Source: Spirochaetia bacterium
GTDB lineage: Bacteria > Spirochaetota > Spirochaetia > CADAEX01
Direction of reading: 5' to 3'
Assembly (NCBI GenBank): GCA_963662795.1
Contig: OY759746.1
Coordinates: 3,488,001-3,552,000, forward strand
Length of the DNA stretch: 64,000 nucleotides
Part shown: positions 59,434-64,000 of the stretch, in pieces
Layout: every line of letters starts with the position of its first letter
Numbering within the stretch: position 1 is the stretch's first letter
The notes under the pieces: generated by a model
Database searches by the model: none
Told to the model about the DNA's origin: nothing
Seen by the model: only the letters and a program-made list of their open reading frames with translations
Program-made: the position numbers and the translations under genes

Positions 59434-62240
59434 AAATAATCCTTCAGATATTTTCCTGTATATGATTTTTTCTGTTTGATGATTTTTTCCGGGCTGCCGG
59501 CAAACAAAAGTTCACCGCCGCGGCTGCCTCCTTCAGGGCCTAAATCAATTATGTGGTCCGCAGTCTTTATTATATCCATATTATGTTCAATAATTATAAC
59601 AGTATTACCCTTATCGCATATCGCATCAAGAACATTAATCAACTGTCTTACATCGCTGAAGTGAAGTCCTGTTGTCGGTTCATCAAGAATGTACAGCGTG
59701 TTTCCCGTATTTGTCTTTGAGAGTTCGCTTGAAAGCTTGACCCTCTGCGCTTCACCGCCGGACAGTGTTAAAGCTGACTGCCCAAGCTTTATGTATCCAA
59801 GCCCGACTTCATTCAACGCAGACAGTTTCCTCCTGACAGCCGGTATGGGACTGAAGAATTCAAGCGCATCCTCAACAGTCATATCCAAAACATCGTGGAT
59901 ATTTTTACCCTTATATCTTATTTCAAGCGTATCACGGTTAAATCTTTTACCTTTGCATACATCACATGTTATATAAACATCCGGAAGGAAATGCATTTCA
60001 ATTTTTATTGTTCCGTCCCCTTCACAGTTTTCGCATCTGCCTCCCTTTACATTGAATGAAAATCTTCCCGGCTTGTAGCCTCTGGCTCTTGATTCGGGAA
60101 GATTGGAAAACAGGTCCCTGATAGGGGTAAAAACTCCAACATAAGTGGCAGGGTTTGACCTTGGAGTACGCCCTATCGGGCTCTGGTCAATACTGATAAT
60201 TTTATCGATATGCTCAATACCGGTAAGTTTTCTGTAATCACCTGCATCCCTCGATGTCCGGTTGATAATATTTGCTACAGCCGGATAAAGAATATCATTG
60301 ACAAGCGTAGACTTCCCTGAGCCTGATACACCTGTTACGACAATCATTTTCCCAAGCGGAAATTCTACATCAATATTTTTAAGATTGTGCTGCGAGGCAC
60401 CTTCAAGTTTTAATATTTTACCGTTTCCGGACCGTCTTGTTTCTTTTACATCTATTTTATCTATACCAGAAAGAAATCTTCCGGTAAGGCTGCTTCTGTT
60501 CTTGACTATAGTTTCAGGGCTTCCCTCCGCGATAAGGCTGCCTCCATGTACGCCGGCAGCAGGGCCCAGTTCAATAATATGGTCAGCCGATTTTATAGTC
60601 TGTTCATCATGTTCGACAACAATAAGTGTGTTTCCAATGTCTCTTAAATGCTTCAGGGTATTAATCAGACGCTGATTATCCCGCTGATGAAGCCCGATTG
60701 TAGGTTCGTCAAGGATATAAAGCACACCGACAAGGGAGGACCCTATCTGTGTCGCAAGGCGTATTCTCTGTGCTTCACCTCCCGACAGTGTTGCGGCCTT
60801 TCTTTCAAGCGTCAGGTAGTCAAGGCCGACACTGATCAGAAAATCAAGCCTTGACCTGATCTCTTTCAGAATCTGCCAGGAAATCTTTTTTTCTGTCTCA
60901 GTAATTTCAATAACATTAAATAAGTCAAAAAGGGCCCCTACAGAGGTTTCCGTCATTTCAAAAATATTTTTCTCAAAAACAGTAACTGCAAGGCTTTCAC
61001 TTCTGAGTCTTCTGCCTCCGCAGGTTTCGCATTTCTTCTGCCTCATAAATCCTTCAAGCCATTCTTTAATTCCGGATGACATGGATTCCCTGTGTCTTCG
61101 CTTAAGGTCGGCTATAATACCTTTGAATTCTGTATTATATTCATACGACCGGTTTTTTTCTGCACTTGTATATTTCACATCAATCTTTTCATCTGTCCCG
61201 TAAAAAAGAATTTCAATAGTTTTTTTATCAAGTTTATTGAATGGTGTATCAAGTGAAAAATTAAACTTTTCCGAAATTGCATCAAACCAGCTTCTATGCC
61301 AGTTTGACCCCGGTTTATATGGAAGAAACGCCCCTTCATTAAAAGAAAGACTTTTATCCGGGACAATAAGATCCGGATCGAATTCCATTGTAATACCCAG
61401 TCCGGAGCAGCTCTGGCAGGCACCGTTCGGGTTATTGAAAGAAAACATGGATGGCTGAAGCTCAGGAATACTGATACTGCATTCAGGACAGGAGTTCTTC
61501 ATCGAAAAAAAATGCTCGCTGTTGTCTGCCATGTCCAGGATAAGCACCATTCCGTCACCAATATCTATTGCAGTTTCCAGTGATTCGCTTATCCTTTTCC
61601 TGGACTCTTCAGTTATTATTATTCTGTCAATAACTATTTCGATTGTGTGTTTTTTATTTTTCTCAAGTTTACCGGCTTCATCAAGATTTATAATCTTCCC
61701 GTCAATTCTTGCACGGGTAAAGCCTGATTTACCCGCATCTTCCAAAATTTTTTCATGTTCACCTTTTTTATTTTTAATTACAGGTGCCATAATAATTATT
61801 TTTGAATTTACAGGAAGACTCATTACTGCATCAAATATCTGGTCTTTTGACTGCTCCTGGATTTCCCTCCCGCACGAGGGGCAGTGCGGTTTTCCTATCC
61901 TTGCGTAAAGCAGACGGAGATAATCATAGATTTCAGTTACTGTGCCGACTGTTGATCTGGGATTCCTGTGTGTAGTTTTCTGTTCAATAGATATTGCAGG
62001 GGACAGCCCTTCAATATAGTCGACATCAGGTTTATCCATTCTGCCGAGAAACTGCCTGGCGTATGAGGAAAGAGATTCCACATACCTTCTCTGTCCTTCA
62101 GCGTAAATTGTGTCGAAAGCAAGAGATGATTTGCCTGAACCGCTCAGGCCGGTTATTACAACCAGTTTGTCTCTTGGTATTTCAATATCCAGATTCTTAA
62201 GATTGTGCTCGCGTGCGCCTTTTATTATTATTTTATCCAT
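59430..62240 (-). CDS. uvrA: Excinuclease ABC subunit A
   Basis: [18 protein letters not shown], two LSGGEAQR signatures, zinc fingers, GVSGSGKST. Confidence 0.98.
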   Translation of the reverse strand: MDKIIIKGAREHNLKNLDIEIPRDKLVVITGLSGSGKSSLAFDTIYAEGQRRYVESLSSYARQFLGRMDKPDVDYIEGLSPAISIEQKTTHRNPRSTVGTVTEIYDYLRLLYARIGKPHCPSCGREIQEQSKDQIFDAVMSLPVNSKIIIMAPVIKNKKGEHEKILEDAGKSGFTRARIDGKIINLDEAGKLEKNKKHTIEIVIDRIIITEESRKRISESLETAIDIGDGMVLILDMADNSEHFFSMKNSCPECSISIPELQPSMFSFNNPNGACQSCSGLGITMEFDPDLIVPDKSLSFNEGAFLPYKPGSNWHRSWFDAISEKFNFSLDTPFNKLDKKTIEILFYGTDEKIDVKYTSAEKNRSYEYNTEFKGIIADLKRRHRESMSSGIKEWLEGFMRQKKCETCGGRRLRSESLAVTVFEKNIFEMTETSVGALFDLFNVIEITETEKKISWQILKEIRSRLDFLISVGLDYLTLERKAATLSGGEAQRIRLATQIGSSLVGVLYILDEPTIGLHQRDNQRLINTLKHLRDIGNTLIVVEHDEQTIKSADHIIELGPAAGVHGGSLIAEGSPETIVKNRSSLTGRFLSGIDKIDVKETRRSGNGKILKLEGASQHNLKNIDVEFPLGKMIVVTGVSGSGKSTLVNDILYPAVANIINRTSRDAGDYRKLTGIEHIDKIISIDQSPIGRTPRSNPATYVGVFTPIRDLFSNLPESRARGYKPGRFSFNVKGGRCENCEGDGTIKIEMHFLPDVYITCDVCKGKRFNRDTLEIRYKGKNIHDVLDMTVEDALEFFSPIPAVRRKLSALNEVGLGYIKLGQSALTLSGGEAQRVKLSSELSKTNTGNTLYILDEPTTGLHFSDVRQLINVLDAICDKGNTVIIIEHNMDIIKTADHIIDLGPEGGSRGGELLFAGSPEKIIKQKKSYTGKYLKDYL

Positions 62241-62287
62241 TTATAAATTCCGATTTAATTCTAATTTGCTGATAATTGATCTTTCGA

Positions 62288-63217
62288 TCAATCAGAAATG
62301 AGCGAATGAGCTTTTGCTATTCCCTTGATATAATCAGGTGAATAATTGCTGTTTTTTATTCTTACAGACATATCCCTGAAATTGCTTTTAACCCTGCTCT
62401 CCGATAGCATGCTGAAAATATATGCAGACTGATCCCTGATTCCCATATTTTCAAGTGTAAGGGCGAGATAGAAAAAATATTTATAAAAATTTGTTTCTTT
62501 CAGGTAAAAAATCTTTTTTTCATCATTTTCAGATTCTGTGAAAAGCTTTCTATAGTCAGTATAAGTGTATTGCGGATCGTATTCCCTGTGCATTGCAATC
62601 AGTTCCGATGAGATAATGGTTATTGCTGATGCAAAATACTTTAATGCAATACTTTCCCGCGCATGAGAAAAATAGTATACCCCCATTTCTCCATAAGGTT
62701 TAATAAGGGCATCTCCTTCGTGGCGGAAATAATATACCATCTTGTCAAGGCCGTTATCCTTTAGCCTTTCTGACAGGATTGTTTCATAATCATCTGATAC
62801 AGCTGAATTCTTTTTGATTTCATTTATCAGTTTTTCAAGGACATCGTGATATAAAATATAATTTTTCTGCTTTTGGTAGATATTTGACATTTCCAAAAGG
62901 ACTGAAGCGTAAAAATCTTTCGATTCCGCTTTCCAGGAATAATCCAGAGCTCTTTCATATTGTTTTAACGCAAGATTCTGCTCACCTTCATTATCAAATA
63001 TTCTTCCGATCCAGTATTCGGCTTCAGGATATTCCATTTTTTCAGTTGCTTTCCTGAAATACTTAAAAGCGCCGCTGAAATCCTTATTTCTGTATAAATA
63101 CATTCCCTTTTGAAACAATACCCATTCAGGTTCGCCCTTTTCTTCAGAAAAGGAGGAAGAGACTGTAGACATAAATAGCAGAAGCAGAAAAGCTGTAGCA
63201 GATAATATTTTTTTCAA
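62288..63217 (-). CDS. Exported TPR-like hypothetical protein
   Basis: Signal peptide, [18 protein letters not shown]. Confidence 0.75.
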   Translation of the reverse strand: MKKILSATAFLLLLFMSTVSSSFSEEKGEPEWVLFQKGMYLYRNKDFSGAFKYFRKATEKMEYPEAEYWIGRIFDNEGEQNLALKQYERALDYSWKAESKDFYASVLLEMSNIYQKQKNYILYHDVLEKLINEIKKNSAVSDDYETILSERLKDNGLDKMVYYFRHEGDALIKPYGEMGVYYFSHARESIALKYFASAITIISSELIAMHREYDPQYTYTDYRKLFTESENDEKKIFYLKETNFYKYFFYLALTLENMGIRDQSAYIFSMLSESRVKSNFRDMSVRIKNSNYSPDYIKGIAKAHSLISD

Positions 63218-64000
63218 AGGCTGTCAATCTCCCTGATAAACTCTTCCTCAGCAAACCCTGAGGTTGTTTTTTTAATTATCTCACCTTTTTTGAAAATTAC
63301 AACTGAATTTCCGGAACCTGTTATCCCAAGGTCTGCTTCTTTTGCTTCCTGCGGTCCGTTTACAGCGCATCCCATAATGGCAATAGTAACAGGTTTTCTG
63401 ATCTGATTTAATTTTAAATTAATTCTCGAAAGAAATCCATGCACATCAAATTCAGCTCTTCCGCATTTGGGACATGAGATTATATTGACAAATTCATTTC
63501 CAAGTCCTGCCTGGAACAATATTGCCTTACCGGCTGTTATTTCATCTTCAGGGCTTGAAGAAAGGGAAACCCTTATTGTCGCACCAATTTTTTTTTGAAG
63601 TAAAGGCAGTATTCCTGCAGTATTCTTGACAATTCCGTTTATCAAAGGGCCGGCCTCTGTTACTCCCAGATGAAGCGGGAATTTATATTTTTCAGCGAAC
63701 AGCTCGTTTGCAATTACAGTTGTTTCAACATCGGAAGATTTAAGTGAAAAAACTGCATCAGAAAATCCATATTTTTCGAAAAGATCTATCTCCTTTTCAG
63801 CAGCAAGGATCATTGCAGCCGCCTTATCGCTTTTTTTACGCAGACTGACAGGGAGCGAACCGCCGTTTATACCTACCCTCAAAGGAGTTTCAGTATCTTT
63901 TGCTTTTTCAATAACCTCTTTCACCTTCCAGTCGGAACCGATATTACCGGGATTTATACGTATTTTTGATATTTTATAATCCATGCAGAGAAGCGCAATT
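63214..64000 (-). CDS. ispG: (E)-4-hydroxy-3-methylbut-2-enyl-diphosphate synthase, 5' end outside the window
   Basis: RINPGNIG, RVGINGGSL, PLHLGVTEAG, SCPKCGR, MGCAVNGP.EA; frame stays open to the window edge. Confidence 0.95.
   Translation of the reverse strand, partial: IALLCMDYKISKIRINPGNIGSDWKVKEVIEKAKDTETPLRVGINGGSLPVSLRKKSDKAAAMILAAEKEIDLFEKYGFSDAVFSLKSSDVETTVIANELFAEKYKFPLHLGVTEAGPLINGIVKNTAGILPLLQKKIGATIRVSLSSSPEDEITAGKAILFQAGLGNEFVNIISCPKCGRAEFDVHGFLSRINLKLNQIRKPVTIAIMGCAVNGPQEAKEADLGITGSGNSVVIFKKGEIIKKTTSGFAEEEFIREIDSL

Noticed and set aside
1-64000. CRISPR arrays, IS elements, prophage, rRNA/tRNA, defence systems
   Set aside because: I saw no regular repeat-spacer pattern, transposase, integrase or phage gene; the only tRNA-like structure belongs to tmRNA.

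Overview
Core-chromosome segment of an AT-rich spirochaete. The assignment rests on cfpA, tandem lepB, spirochaete-type LptD next to uvrA, and TP0733-, TP0136- and pallilysin-like envelope genes. It is densely packed with housekeeping genes: tmk, queA, ruvCAB, yebC, hemW, smpB plus tmRNA, purB-guaB-purA-guaA, split purH, miaB, htrA, map, bactofilin, nusB, secG, tpiA-pgk-gap, corC-ybeY-pgpH-phoH, lptD, uvrA and ispG. I saw no mobile element, CRISPR array, rRNA or tRNA. The most striking signal is the minus-strand operon cfpA -> 349-aa protein -> PPDK-like protein (19980-25788). The PPDK-like protein has lost nearly all ATP-grasp catalytic motifs but keeps the phospho-His and the full PEP/pyruvate site. 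The adjacent 'hypothetical' ends in an HPr-like domain with His and Ser46-equivalent Thr positions. Together they suggest an undescribed PEP-driven, PTS-like phosphorelay tied to the cytoplasmic filaments (inference). Other notable items are an unannotated 31-aa membrane peptide behind a long leader next to tmRNA, an LCP gene split at an A11 tract, and a degenerate GlgC/GlgD-like gene in the vWA/pallilysin-like operon. All family calls come from motif recognition by eye; no searches were run.
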